A stretch of 63,861 nt of DNA, counting the filler, from Choristocarpus tenellus KU-1152 (taxonomy: Eukaryota; Protista; Phaeophyceae): the NCBI GenBank assembly GCA_964200185.2. It is 10 parts of 10 records of this genome, joined end to end, with 100 filler letters (N's around TTAATTAATTAA, not from the genome) between each part and the next. Parts side by side here need not be neighbours in the genome. Positions count along the whole stretch, not along the records: positions 40,602 to 48,377 come from CAXNAD020005597.1; positions 48,478 to 60,606 come from CAXNAD020001966.1; 8 more parts are not named here. One strand, 5' to 3'. Position 1 is the first letter of the stretch. The number at the start of each line of letters is the position of its first letter. Shown here in pieces: positions 43,560-56,100 of the stretch. A program made the translations under genes and the position numbers. Below the pieces are notes generated by a model. It was given only the letters and a program-made list of their open reading frames with translations, made no database searches and was not told where the DNA came from.

Positions 43560-45060
43560 GGATAGGGCATATGGACGCGTTCATGCGGTCTCTTCCAACC
43601 ATGTGGAAGATTAGAGTCGCACAAGCATAGTATTCCTATCCCATTGAATGGATGGTTCTAGGGTCGACGGTGGCATAATCCTTCCAGGTCATGGTGGAGA
43701 ACATAGGGTCACTGGCGGGTCGGGTGAAGGGTTCCGGAACCAGGAAGTGAGCGACTTCTGCTGTGCGCAAGACCTTCTGATCTTAGGCATCCTCACCCAA
43801 CGGACCAAGGTCGTAAGGGAAGGTGAACGGGTTGACGTGGTAGAGTGGGCTAGAAGAAGGGCTGGTAGGCATCTCCAGTCCTAGATCAAGATCTACTTAC
43901 CGTTGAAGACGAGGGCAGGTAGACGTAATTCAATCTCGTGACTTGCTTTCTTTGCACTAAGTCCGGGCACAAGAAGGCTCCCTACCCACGGAGTATATGC
44001 TACTAGTATGTTGGTGGTGGACATGATGCAGTCGGGCTGTCTTGTGGTGTTTCTTGAGGCTGAAAGCAGACTTCACTTGGGCTGGGTTGTTAATCATGGA
44101 ACTTGAGGAGAGTGATCCATAGTTGTTTCCAACGACGTTAATCTGCAATATATAGCAGGTTTGATGGAGGAGATGCACCGGGAGCTGCAGCTGTACCGAA
44201 ATATAACTTGAAAAGGAGCTTGAGCGTTCACCACACTTGCCGCTGATGGAGGAAATGCAGCCAAGAACCTCACCCATGATTGTTCAATAGCAATCTCTGC
44301 CCTTGGCCCTAAGGAGGTCCAGTCACCAGAAAAAGCTGCCAAAATTCTTGTCAACAACGGTAGAAAAGGCTACCTACCGTACTTGCCACCGAGGGGGGCA
44401 GGACATAGCACGAGCAATAGTCAAGCCTCAACCTCCCAAGGCCAGGAGCAGATACGTCAGACATGCTTGCTGCAATGCAGACCATGATGATACCCCCCTC
44501 GTCTGTGAATTGTCTGGAGCAAAACTCTCCAACTCCCGAAGGTGAAGGAGTCAAAACCACCAATCCCTAGAGGGAGGGGCGTTGCTATTCCTATGGTGCT
44601 CCTTATCAAGGAAGGTTGTCAGCGAGGACTGCCTACACACGACTGGTGATACTAGGAGAGTGCAGCTCCTCAAGCCTCAAGAAGAGAAGAAGATCCATGG
44701 CATGTGGCTAAGCCTAAAGTATTCATGTAACCCCCCGTGCTCCCTCGTATTTCCTGGTCCATTACAGGGTCAAGGAGATGGTACAAGGAGCAGTACCTCT
44801 AAGTTGTTTACCATTGGCTAGCAGGATGGAGTCAGACATTCCTAACCAGAAGAGAGGATGCCATGGGACATTTCTAAGGCTGGCTAAGTGGGAACCTTCT
44901 ATCCCCCAATGTGCTCCTACCTGCAAGGGGCTTTTAAACAATCTATTATACTTCGAAGCATATTGTTTTTCCAAAGTATATTCCACCTACTTCAGGAGTC
45001 ATCAAGATAAAGGATGTCGGCCCTAAATCCTGAGGTAGCCAAGGGTGTCGTGACTGCCAA
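43560..45060 (-). mobile_element. Heavily decayed DIRS-like (tyrosine-recombinase class) retrotransposon, RT/RNaseH/methyltransferase region
   Basis: Collinear residual motifs across frameshifts: YLDD (45009-44998), HLRELE, SGDW..IEQSW..ASVVNAQ..GNNY; no intact ORF. Confidence 0.45.
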
Positions 45061-45801
45061 TCTGGCAACTGATATTTGACCTTGCCCTTCACATAAACAT
45101 TTGTGTCCTGAACTGTAATATGAATACTCTACCTGTAAATATTAGAGCTTGAGCTAAGTTGCAACTCTTATACAAGACCAGGTTTGGGCAAGGCCATCAG
45201 TATTCAAGGTGAAGTTGTTGAAGCACTCTATATATTCTGCCCCTCTACAGCTCTCTGGCATTTTTTGGGGATGAGGCAACTCTCAACCCTGACATGTCAA
45301 CATGTATTGAACATCACAAATAAAATGAAGATTGAGGGGTATTCACTGATAGAACATACAATTGAACCCTAGAGAAAATGAGGCGGAGCTTGGTTATTAG
45401 GTATTTCAAGGTCTTGTTATATCATGATCTGGGTCAAACAAAGAAAATATATTCGCCAACATACAGTATCACCAGTTCATACTGAATGTTGATTTGTCCA
45501 TTGTACTGATCGTTACTTCCACTCGCATCACTAACTCATCATCACAACATCATCAACCCTTTTAGACCAGCACATTACATAGGAAGCATAAGAAAAGTTG
45601 ATACCTATCACACATACAGGTATAATATGTGTCACATGAGATCTCTTTTGCTTCCTTCGAGACGTCAGATCATTACAAAAACAAAGGAAAACAACATAGA
45701 GAACACTTTTGGAACGAGTAGCATAACAAACTGTATAGGACGGTATGCGATTGGGTAGTTAAAAACGTTATCATTTTAGGCAGTGTGATAGATAGTCGCG
45801 T

Positions 45802-46944
45802 TCGCTAGTATGTATATTATTTTATTATTATGCCCTCTGACATTTTGCAGATGTGTCAGGGGGAAACCAATGAAAACTATATACATGTGTGTATGTGTAT
45901 ATAAAATGTCCTAAACATAAGAATACTATAAGACATTGCGCGGAAATATATTATTATGCCCTCTGACATTTTGCAGATATGTCAGGGGGGCAAACCAATG
46001 AAAACTATGCACATTGTCAGTATAAGCCCTATAGAAATAAAATGTCATAAATATGAAAGACACCGATCCATTTGTTACTTCACCACTATCTATGTTGTAC
46101 TACTGCCTTTCTGTGTCTCCAATCTACCTATAACTGTACCCCAGGGGGAGGAGCTAGGGAGGCATCCAAAGAATTCAATAAACCCCTCCGTGCCCATCTC
46201 CCTGGTGACTCCAGCTTAAAACGCATGAGACATCTAGACAGTGCCACTTGAGTAGTTACTGATACGATTTGGTGTAACCGGGATTTAACTACTCCTTTCC
46301 TGCTATATCCTCCCGCTCCTCTCCCCCTTGCCATTTGAGTAGTCAGCTCATCCAGGAAGCATTCCCCTTGCTTGCCGAGGCGCCCAAAAATTTCCACCGC
46401 GAAGGTGTTGAGGTTATAACTACGAGGATCAAAGAGCCCTTGCAGTGAGTGCGCTTTCGCACCTTGGGTGCAGCAGCAGCTACACCATTGCTGGTGGATG
46501 AGTGGGTTAGGTGGGAGGTTGCCTGCACTTCTGCGAATGTGACATCTAGCAGAAGGCCTTTTTCCCGGTAGGGAGCTGTTCCAGCGTCCGTCAGTGCCCC
46601 TGCATGGAAACTAGATCCATGCGGGGATTCCTGTCAACTGTGGAGGGACTGCCGTCCTCCATAGCGCAAGGGATGCCCATCCCCTTGCATAGTTGGTGTA
46701 GGCGTCTCACGATTAGAGTGTGCTGTCGAACCTGTCCTCCTGCCCTGAGGCAGGTACAGGCATGTCTGGCATATCAAAATTTTGCCTCCTGCACCCTGCC
46801 ACTGTGCACCTGTTTGAGAGGGCCTCCTCCCTCCCTAGGGATTTGCTGACTTGAAGCTTAAATTCTAGGGGGGGATCTCGCATGCTGGTTCCAGAGGTTG
46901 TGTCGAGGCCCATGCGTTTGCCCCTTGTCCACACTCGCTAGTAT
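45802..46944 (-). mobile_element. 5'-truncated CRE-like (RLE-type) non-LTR retrotransposon with TSD
   Basis: CCHC-like knuckle, then RMDLV..LLLDVT..KRTH..FAVEIFGRLG..VTTQVALSR; TAA-rich tail; direct repeat tcgctagtat at 45802-45811 and 46935-46944. Confidence 0.85.
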
Positions 46945-47927
46945 ATCCTTTTATAATCAATCTCTATGCTTAGTGGTGTCGTTCAGAAACCTCAAATGTG
47001 AGAGTATGGTGCCATTCTTGTCAGTATTCTGATCTCTCGATATTAGGTAGGAAGTAGCTTTTCTACAGAAATATAGGGTTGCCATATTTTATTATTTTTT
47101 TTATTATTATGCCCTCTGACATTTTGCAGATGTGTCAGGGGGGAAACCAATGAAAACAATATATATAGATATGTGTATATAAAATGTCCTCAACTTAAGA
47201 ATACTATAAGACAATGCGTGGAAACCACTAATCAGTTACTTCACCACTATCAAATATTGTACTACTGTCATCGTCTTCTATCGTTTCGATCTTTCTCGTC
47301 GCCTCTCCCCTCACACATTTCATAACACCTCTCCATATAATAACAAGCGTTGTATTGAACATGAACCATGCAAGGATAGAGAAGTTTATGATTGAACCCG
47401 AGTTTTTCGGGGGGTAAAATTCTGGAAGGACTGATGAATGGGGAGAAGAATGGTGATTAGGGTAAAAAGAAAAGCAATGCGAGGGTGGACGAAGAGTTAA
47501 GTAATGGGTAACTACAATACAAAAGATATAGAAGAGAAGTACAAATAAATGGATGGTAGGTGGAAGTACGAGGTAGGAAGGGATGAATCAGAACATAAGG
47601 AAAGCTTGAGGTTGGTGGGACAGGACAAGCAGGGCTAGAACAAGGCAACCTTTGAGCAATCTCCCCCACCCACCTACCCTTTCGATTACTCACGTGGACT
47701 GGGATCCTGGAGAACAGGGAGGGGAGGTCAAGTTCGGGCGCGATAGATGTCTTCTAGTTCAAAGATACGGTATTGAAATGGATGATGGAGCGGTGTTCTT
47801 GGGAGATTGTTAAGTGGTGTTGAGTGTTTTGGGATTGAGTGGTGTTGAATGGTGTTGAATGGTGTGTGGTGGAGTAGAAAGTGGTGTGGGGTTGAGAGGG
47901 GTTGAAGGGTGGGGTAGAGGAGAAAGT

Positions 47928-48135
47928 GTTGGTGACTGGAAATCAGTGGCGAAGGGGTCGCACCGGTTGGTCATCGAATTTGGTTGGTGACTGGAAATCA
48001 GTGGCAAGGAGGTCACACAGGTTGGTCATCAAATGTGGTTGGTGACTGGAAATCAGTGTGAAGGGGGTTCACACTGGTTGGTCATGGAATACGCTGGTGG
48101 TTGGAAGTCAGTGGTGCAGGGGTCGCAATGAACAG
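47928..48135. repeat. Degenerate minisatellite, about four units of ~55 bp
   Basis: ggttggtgactggaaatcagtgg...ggtc.cac.ggttggtcat repeated. Confidence 0.85.
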
Positions 48136-48477
48136 TAGGTCGAGATAATGGCGGATGGATAATTTCATGGAGGATGGATTTTTCCCAAAATGGTGCGCGG
48201 AAAGTGCCCATATGTTTTTTTTTGTAAATGTTGCGGCCGTTTTTATGGGCCCCTTTTTGAATGGGAATCCATGCCGAAGGTGGTAGTAGGACAGTGTGGG
48301 GGGCGGCAATGATTTTGTTTGATCGTCGTGCACATGTATGCCCTGCGTTGGATTGCTTGCTTGAATAATTAGTGCGGNNNNNNNNNNNNNNNNNNNNNNN
48401 NNNNNNNNNNNNNNNNNNNNNTTAATTAATTAANNNNNNNNNNNNNNNNNNNNNNNNNNNNNNNNNNNNNNNNNNNN

Positions 48478-49086
48478 GAGGCAGACATACCCACAGGACC
48501 CCTGAGGTCCACAAGACAACGCCTGTCTCTCCGACATACTTCAGGACCCCTGCCACCTCCATCTAATCGCAAAGCCCCTCTGGGTTCCAAGGGCATTGTG
48601 TCATTGGTAATGGAGGGAACTCGTGCTCCTCCTTGCGAAATCTGGAGCACCCCTGGCACCCGAGAGGCCAGCAACCAACCTGAAGTTGTTAGTAGGATAC
48701 AATACAAGAAGGCATTCAAGCGTGTTCTATACCAACCCAAGGAGCTAAATGGGGTGAAGGGAGGGGGGGAAGGACAAGGAGAAGTACAAAACAGGGAGGA
48801 GGGGGTGGGAGGTCTAGGAGAAGAAGAAATCACTCGAAGTACAAGAAGACGACGACGTTACAAGGGGGGACCAACAGCTTCTTTGCAGGGATGGGGAGTT
48901 TCTGGGAGAGACTCTAGGAAGGAAGATTGGGATCTTGAAAGACGAGATACCATAGGGTTGAATAGCCACAATTTTGCAATTACTAAGAGGGCTACACGGT
49001 TGAATAGAGGAGGCGTTCGGGCTGTGCCATGGTTTGGCACTTCTGTTGTAAGGGCACCATTTTGTAGTTTTTCATTGCATATTTAG
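48478..49086 (+). CDS. Probable terminal exon of an unknown low-complexity protein
   Basis: Frame open for ~200 codons from the contig edge to TAG; convergent with the MFS gene; no motif. Confidence 0.4.
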   Translation, partial: EADIPTGPLRSTRQRLSLRHTSGPLPPPSNRKAPLGSKGIVSLVMEGTRAPPCEIWSTPGTREASNQPEVVSRIQYKKAFKRVLYQPKELNGVKGGGEGQGEVQNREEGVGGLGEEEITRSTRRRRRYKGGPTASLQGWGVSGRDSRKEDWDLERRDTIGLNSHNFAITKRATRLNRGGVRAVPWFGTSVVRAPFCSFSLHI

Positions 49087-50118
49087 GGTGGTGTATTTCA
49101 TTGAAGTACAACACTTGTTTCATGATATTAATTTATGATGTTCCATTATGTACAAAGAGATAGCAATGACATTGATCTACAATGTGTAGACTAAGAAGTA
49201 GTATAGATATTTTGGGGAGAAGAGCCTTGAGGTGAAGGGATCAATCTTGCAGTAGTAGAAACTGCATTCTGCGGATTGCATTTTGTCCTTCGTAACACCT
49301 TTGATTTGTAGCAGGTTTTTGGATTGTTTATGGAAGCTCTCTCTTGAGATATGTATATATAGAGTAGTTCATCAGATTCATCCTGTTTGTGCTGACTATA
49401 TACATAACATCTCCCTTTCACAAAACGATCTTTGAAGTAAGTAGATCACTTCAAAGTATCATTTCTTAACAATTGTTCCAGAAAAGCTTCCACATCCTCA
49501 AATATAAACCACTCACTGGCCAGTATGAATGGGCATCAAGTATCAGCTTTATCCTTGGTGTGAGAGGTCAAGTGTAAGATTATCTCACACAGTTTTGAGA
49601 CAATGAAATGGACTCATATCTTCACTCCACAAATTTCTGTTGCTCTTGTGTGCCCCCCATTCCCATCCACCTTACCAATATCAACCTTTTTTTTATATTA
49701 AATGGTTGTCCAACTGGAGCATTTACACCATATTACAAGTGAGACCTCCTCCCTCTTGTCACGTTTGAGAACACAAGCCTCCTCCCCCCACCAACACATT
49801 CATAAAATAAATTACGATTGTGCTTCCATACGATAAGAAATGCCCAACATGGTCAACTATACAATATGCTAGATCAGCTTCCCCTCAAACTTACGTACAT
49901 GACTATTCAATTCAATCTGATCAAAAAAGTGAGAGGTACTCTTCCTGGCCACTTCAATCCCATTGTGCTTCTCAAGTGCCAGAAGCAAATGAACATTTGC
50001 TCTCCATGTGGTACACTAAATTGAGCCTGAAAAAAATTTCTATGCTCCCACTGAGAAGAACACAAGGGGACATGCAGCAAGAGGGTCCAGAAAAACAAAA
50101 TATAGAACCAAAAAAAAA

Positions 50119-53100
50119 TTATTGCTGCCGTGGAAGCACTGAGGCAGGGATCATGTGGGAATACATTGAGGGTGGCATTCCAGCAGACCCAAAGGCTCCT
50201 ACTCCAAGGTCTTCCACATCAACCTCAACAGCCTTGATGTCCGCATCTACCCCAGTGGCTCCCTCAAAGAACTTAGAGTCCACAGGCTTGACACGGGAAT
50301 GTGCAAGTGCAGCAACACCCTTTAACCATAGGGAGAGAAATGGGGCATGCAACAAAGGGGTTTTGAAACTTGAGAGTTATGAACTGGTCAGCAGATCAAA
50401 GTGTGTTTTTCCACGAGTATAGTAGTAGTATAATCATGTTGTAGCACAAGTCAACGTTCTGCTTTGTACAGGTGTTCATTCCTTGACCGATCATTGTGTT
50501 TCAGCTTGACTCTTTGTCTTGGATGCAGAAGTTCACACACAAAATTGTAAGCAAAAGATACGTGCGCGTTCTAGGCAGAATCAGTAAGATGAAAAAGTGG
50601 AGCATTGGTGCCATAGGGGAGGAGATACTTTCTTCTAGCATAGAAACAAATCACCTGGTGAGTCGTAACTTGATGTTGTGCTAGCCTTCAAACACAATCA
50701 TGTACACAGAAGTCAAATGTTTTCCAAATTAGAAAAAGGGTCCGTTTTTGATCGTATCCGTGAGATAAAAGCATATTAAGAACATAGACCACTCACTCCT
50801 TACCAAGATAGTGTGCATGGTTTGAACACTCTAAATAAGCTCAAGTCTTGCAAAGTAGGGGAGTAACTCTGTACAACATACAGCTGTGGCAAAAATGGTG
50901 TAAAAAAAAAAGTGACAAAAAAGCACCGTCACTACTGCATGTGTGTGTGTGTGAAGTTTGTATCACCCAATCAAAATGAGAAGATACACAAACAAGCATT
51001 GAGATAGTCTCTCACCATGAGTCCAGCCATGGTGTACATCGTAGAGTCATAGATGAAGGGAGTAGGGTCAAGAGTACCACTTGGTGCAATCTCCATCAGC
51101 TTGCCAATACTCAGGGCCTTTGACTGGAGAAAGAGGAGTAGGAAACAGCAGCATAGACCTTGCACTAGTGTTGAAGTCATACAGATGAGCCCCATTGCTC
51201 AAAAAAGTATCTTTACTGGTGACTCGATACATGCTGGTTGCATTTATCTATATATCGTACTAACTGGTAAACCTGAACAGTAACAGAGCACCTGTGGCAT
51301 ATACTCAAATTGAATCGTACATGCCGTGTCAACTCCTTGAAATCATACATCCTTACACAGACAGTAGAGTAGTTCACTCACCTCCATGAGTGCTGGTGCC
51401 TGGTCCATGCTGACATTGAAAGTCTGCTGGAACCGAGCTGGATCAACCTTTTCAAGTAGTTCTTCAATTGCCTGGACTTCGCTCCTTGCTCGCAGATTGA
51501 GCAGAATGGATGGGCCAGCAAGGGCTGCTGCAGACGATGCCAGCATCACACGACCATGGATGGGTCCAACGTACTTGGAACCTTGGGAAGAGGGATGAAA
51601 GACCTTATTAATGCACTAAGTCGCTGCCAAGTTGGGGTGAGAACAAGTTGTATTGTATCACCGCTGGTGATATTGGTGAGATAGGGCAGGGCAATATATA
51701 TACACTTGCAGTGCAGATTAACAGGAAGGGTTTGCACATTAGACTTTCAATCTAACCACTTACCAAAGAGATCGGCCTCATATGCTGGCAGGATAGCATA
51801 AACGCCTCCCATGAATGTAATGGCCACTAGTGTTGTCCCAATGAACATTCCTAAGGGAGCAGCGCTCTATTGTAACACAAGCAGATATGGGCATCCCAGG
51901 TCAAAAGCAAGTTGGGCAAGGTAGGGTAGGGCAAGATCACCTCAGTGTTGATATGAGGGCACTCTGTACTACTTCAGTTACAATTGAAGTTAATACTACT
52001 TGATGAGAATTTATGCTGAAGAAGGGTACAAGTGGTCTACTTTTGAAGTGCTCTTGCTTAGTAGTGAAGGTAACACAGTTCAAACAAACAACCAAACAAA
52101 AAACTTATCTGGAGCCTTACCTAGTGTCTTCTACTCAAGTACATGTGGTGAAGCTCAATCCAGCTGTGATATACAGTTAGCAGTTCATTTTGACTCACCC
52201 CTGTGGTGACCACTTCCTGTACTGTGAAGGGTATCGCCAGGTACAGAGGAATAGACCCAAGTGTAAACATGTTGAACGTCAGTTTTCGACCAAATCGGTC
52301 AGAAAATGCAGCCCACCCAATTCGCCCACCAAGGTTGCCTGCTGCCAATACCTGTAGTGAGTGAAGTCACGAAAGCAATATTGAGATCCTTTTCTCAAAA
52401 AAGGGTTAAATTAAAACACTTCGCAACGTAGCCAAGTGGCTCCTCTCTTACAGTCTGTTTTTATGGCCAGGATGTACGACAATCTTTGCAATCTGATTGG
52501 CAACATGCCCCCCCTGTACCAACAAATAGCACACCTCGCCCCTAGAACTAGATTTGTGAACCGGGACTCACCATAATCAGCCACATCTGATTAATCACAA
52601 TCAACAGTTAACCCAATATTAGAAGACCGACTATTCAGTTAGTCTGCGCGTACACACCTCCAAAAGGTTCTCTTTACGTCAAACACAATGACACGCCTAA
52701 CATGTCTACAGTCTTAGGTATGAAAAAATGGTCTCTGGTCAGGTCCCTCACCATTCAGGGGGCCTATTTCCTCACAGCTACACCACTCACTGCTGATACA
52801 TTGCACATTGGGGCCCAGACAATAAGTCGCAAATATCTGGCGAGAGCAGTAGTGGATTATAATCACAAGTCACAAACCCTCTTGGCGCACAAGTCTACCT
52901 CTAACACAATTACTCCTTAATTTAAGACGTTTTTTGCCATGATACGCATCTCATCTCATTGACACATTTACGTAGCTCCCGTCAAACTCCCACTTAGCAT
53001 GATCACTGGGCTTCAATTCAAAACACACTGAAATCATGCGCAATCCCTTCCACTGTTGGTGGAAAACAATAATACAACTGCATTGAAAACCTCTGGAGTA

Positions 53101-56100
53101 CAACATGGAACAAAAAAAATTAACACAGCTAAGTTATACCTCTTCTGCACAAATTGTTTTCTCTGCAAATGCCCCAGTCTTCATTATCTCCAACACACTT
53201 TACCTGGACATAGGCGGAGGCAAAAGCAGCAGTCACCAATGTGGGGAGCGAACTGCTGAACACCTCCCCCATCATAGGCTTGGCCACGCTGAATAAACCC
53301 ATCCCACCGCATGCAACACAGAAGAATGTCGTACTCAAGGCATAGAACTGAGGCGTCTTGAGCACCATGTCAGGGTTGACATTTTTCTGTGAAGGTACGA
53401 TGTCAATATGACCATTTCATGAAGGGTACAAAGCAAGGAAGGTGCTCCCATGTCAGTTGCACAGGCAGCACTCGCATTACTAGTACCAGTTCACGGCACA
53501 AGCCACTATCATGGCACATGCAAAGCACAACATAACATAGACGCAGCCTGTGTCAAACAACATTTGTCATTGGTAGAGATCACAACAATCAGGCCCTTCC
53601 TTGCACTACTGCACCATTAATATTGATGATAGTATTAACTACCCTATACATCAACTATCAACACTATACCAACTTCAAGCATAGTAGTACTACAATAGAA
53701 ACATACCCATAATCTGGTACACCATCAACTAGTGATAGTACAAAAGTATCATTAGTACAAGAGTAAAGCATCCCTCGCATACGCCGTATCACCTCTACAA
53801 CCGGTGCCTTGCTAGTCGAATCACCACCTTCTGAGGTGGGACTGTATCCTGCAGGCTTGTATCCTGGGGCTGGTGTCTTAATGGCAAAGGCAGATGCCAT
53901 CATCAGCATGCCATACAAACCACCTGGTGTTGGCAACAAGATCAATTGTAGACAGCGGGTATGTGTACAGTATTCACAGTAGTGGTGTAATAGCAAACCC
54001 AGAAACAGGGACAATTAGGTTTTGTATATAGATAGAGCAAGGGAGACAGATAGATTGCCTTTGAATCTTGGACATTACCAAACTCACTACACTTGAGGTC
54101 CATTGTCACACCTCATTTCCTGATCAACCATCAATTCTGAAGTGGAGAGGCAAGCTTAATCAACAAACCAACAGGAGAATCAAACAAAATCACCACTTCC
54201 AAGTTGACACCGTACAAAGCATGTCCTCCAGGAGCAGTTTTTACAACAACTGCAAACAAACACTGACACTTGCTGAGAAGAACGGCCAGCATAAATAGAT
54301 CCCTCTCAAACTCTCCTTGCACGTGTGCACCCCCACAACTCAATTCCACCTATAACCTACCAAAACTGTAGGTACCATGGATTATAATGTAAGGTACAGT
54401 AGTTCTTGGGTAAGATTGCGGACCACCACAGTGTCTGCATTGCGTATCAATAGCTCAATCTCCAACACTTCCACAAGCCATGCAAGGGATGTGCCCCACG
54501 GATCCCAAGAACGAAGATAACACGCCTTCCAATATTTATCTCTTCTTTCTTTCCATATCCTGGCACTTCTAGGAGGCACAATGGTATCATCAGTCCCTTC
54601 TACATCACTCTACATGCAAAGAACCAGCCTAACATCATATTACGACAATGTAGACATATTAGTAGGTTGTCAGACCTTTCCAGCTTTTTGGCAGGTTGTT
54701 TTTCTCAATACCTCCAACAAAGTATCACACAAAAATTTATTTAATCGATAGACCCTATAGTAATGAACAAACCACCCCTAGGTAGCATCATCAAATTCCA
54801 AGTGGTTCAAAACTTAGAGATAAGTAACCTCGTCAAATTCTGTAAGTCACAATATGCTGAAGTATTGAAGTCACAGAACAGGCCAAAGTACACAGTGAGA
54901 ACAGTACAGTACAATGCTGTGGTTGGCAACTGCAGCGAGCATTACTGAATAGGTATACCAACAAGGGAGTCGGTGGTGCAAAAACGAGGTTTGGAAACAT
55001 TGAATTCCAGATGCTCAAAGTATAGGGGTATTGTTGGCTACAGAATATTGTGGTTAGGGTGATGAGAGCCTTCAATTTTGCACCACATCATACCATAAGT
55101 CCTGTCACACCAAAAGTTAATTACATTTGGTTCACTCCACGCACAGTATTAGTATAATATCAACCAGTCAGCCTATTTTGTGCAGCAACACAGTTGCAGG
55201 CACCAACCCACAATGTATCTGGTGCACCAAGAGCACAAAACTACTACAACACCTTTACTGGGTCTTTCCCTCCCCATTCGCATGAACAAGTGGAACTTCA
55301 ACCAGATTGAGCTAACACCTTAACTATTAACTCACCGCATATGCCCAACCCTGCCGCTGCCCCTGTCGAGCCCGACCCAACTACATACAGACCCTCAGCC
55401 AAGTCGTAGGGGAGGCGGGCCAGATCCATGTTACTAACAGAAACCGCTTCAACAAGACCATTTGCTGTTTCTGCAAAAGTCCTACCCTCCTTCACCACAG
55501 TTGTCACCTACAGTCAAAGGGACGTAGGTTGGTAGGGCGGGGTATGCAACCGGTTTCATAACCATGTCGAGAGGGATATAATTGCCTATGTGCTTGAGAG
55601 AACTATGTGTTTCCACATGTGTCCTCATATGTAGTCACTTCACCATTCATAGTTGAGAGGAATATTTGCATGAACCAGAACACAACAACAGTACTGACAA
55701 ACCAACACATGAACACTTCAAGAGTTTTAACACACACAGCACACTTTCATTCAAGACTGCTACACTATAACCGCAACACAAGGTGAAGTGATGACCTACA
55801 ATTGAACCACGAGAGCAAAATTGCCACAGGTCAACAAAGGTATCTGCAATAGATAGCATCCACAGGCAAATCAGCTAGCTCTGAGGAAGTACCTCGTCCG
55901 CCGCCCCCAGATATATTGGCATCTTGGAGAACTTTTCCATGAGGGAGTTGACCAAGGGGGTGAACACGAGGGCTCCTGAACCAAAGCTGTACAATGGACA
56001 AACCAAGTGAAAGACACCATGTTTGAAGGTGTTGATGGCATTTCAACAAGGGCCACGTCAACATCTGCAGGCAGTGCGTAACTCATGTCTTATTGGAATG

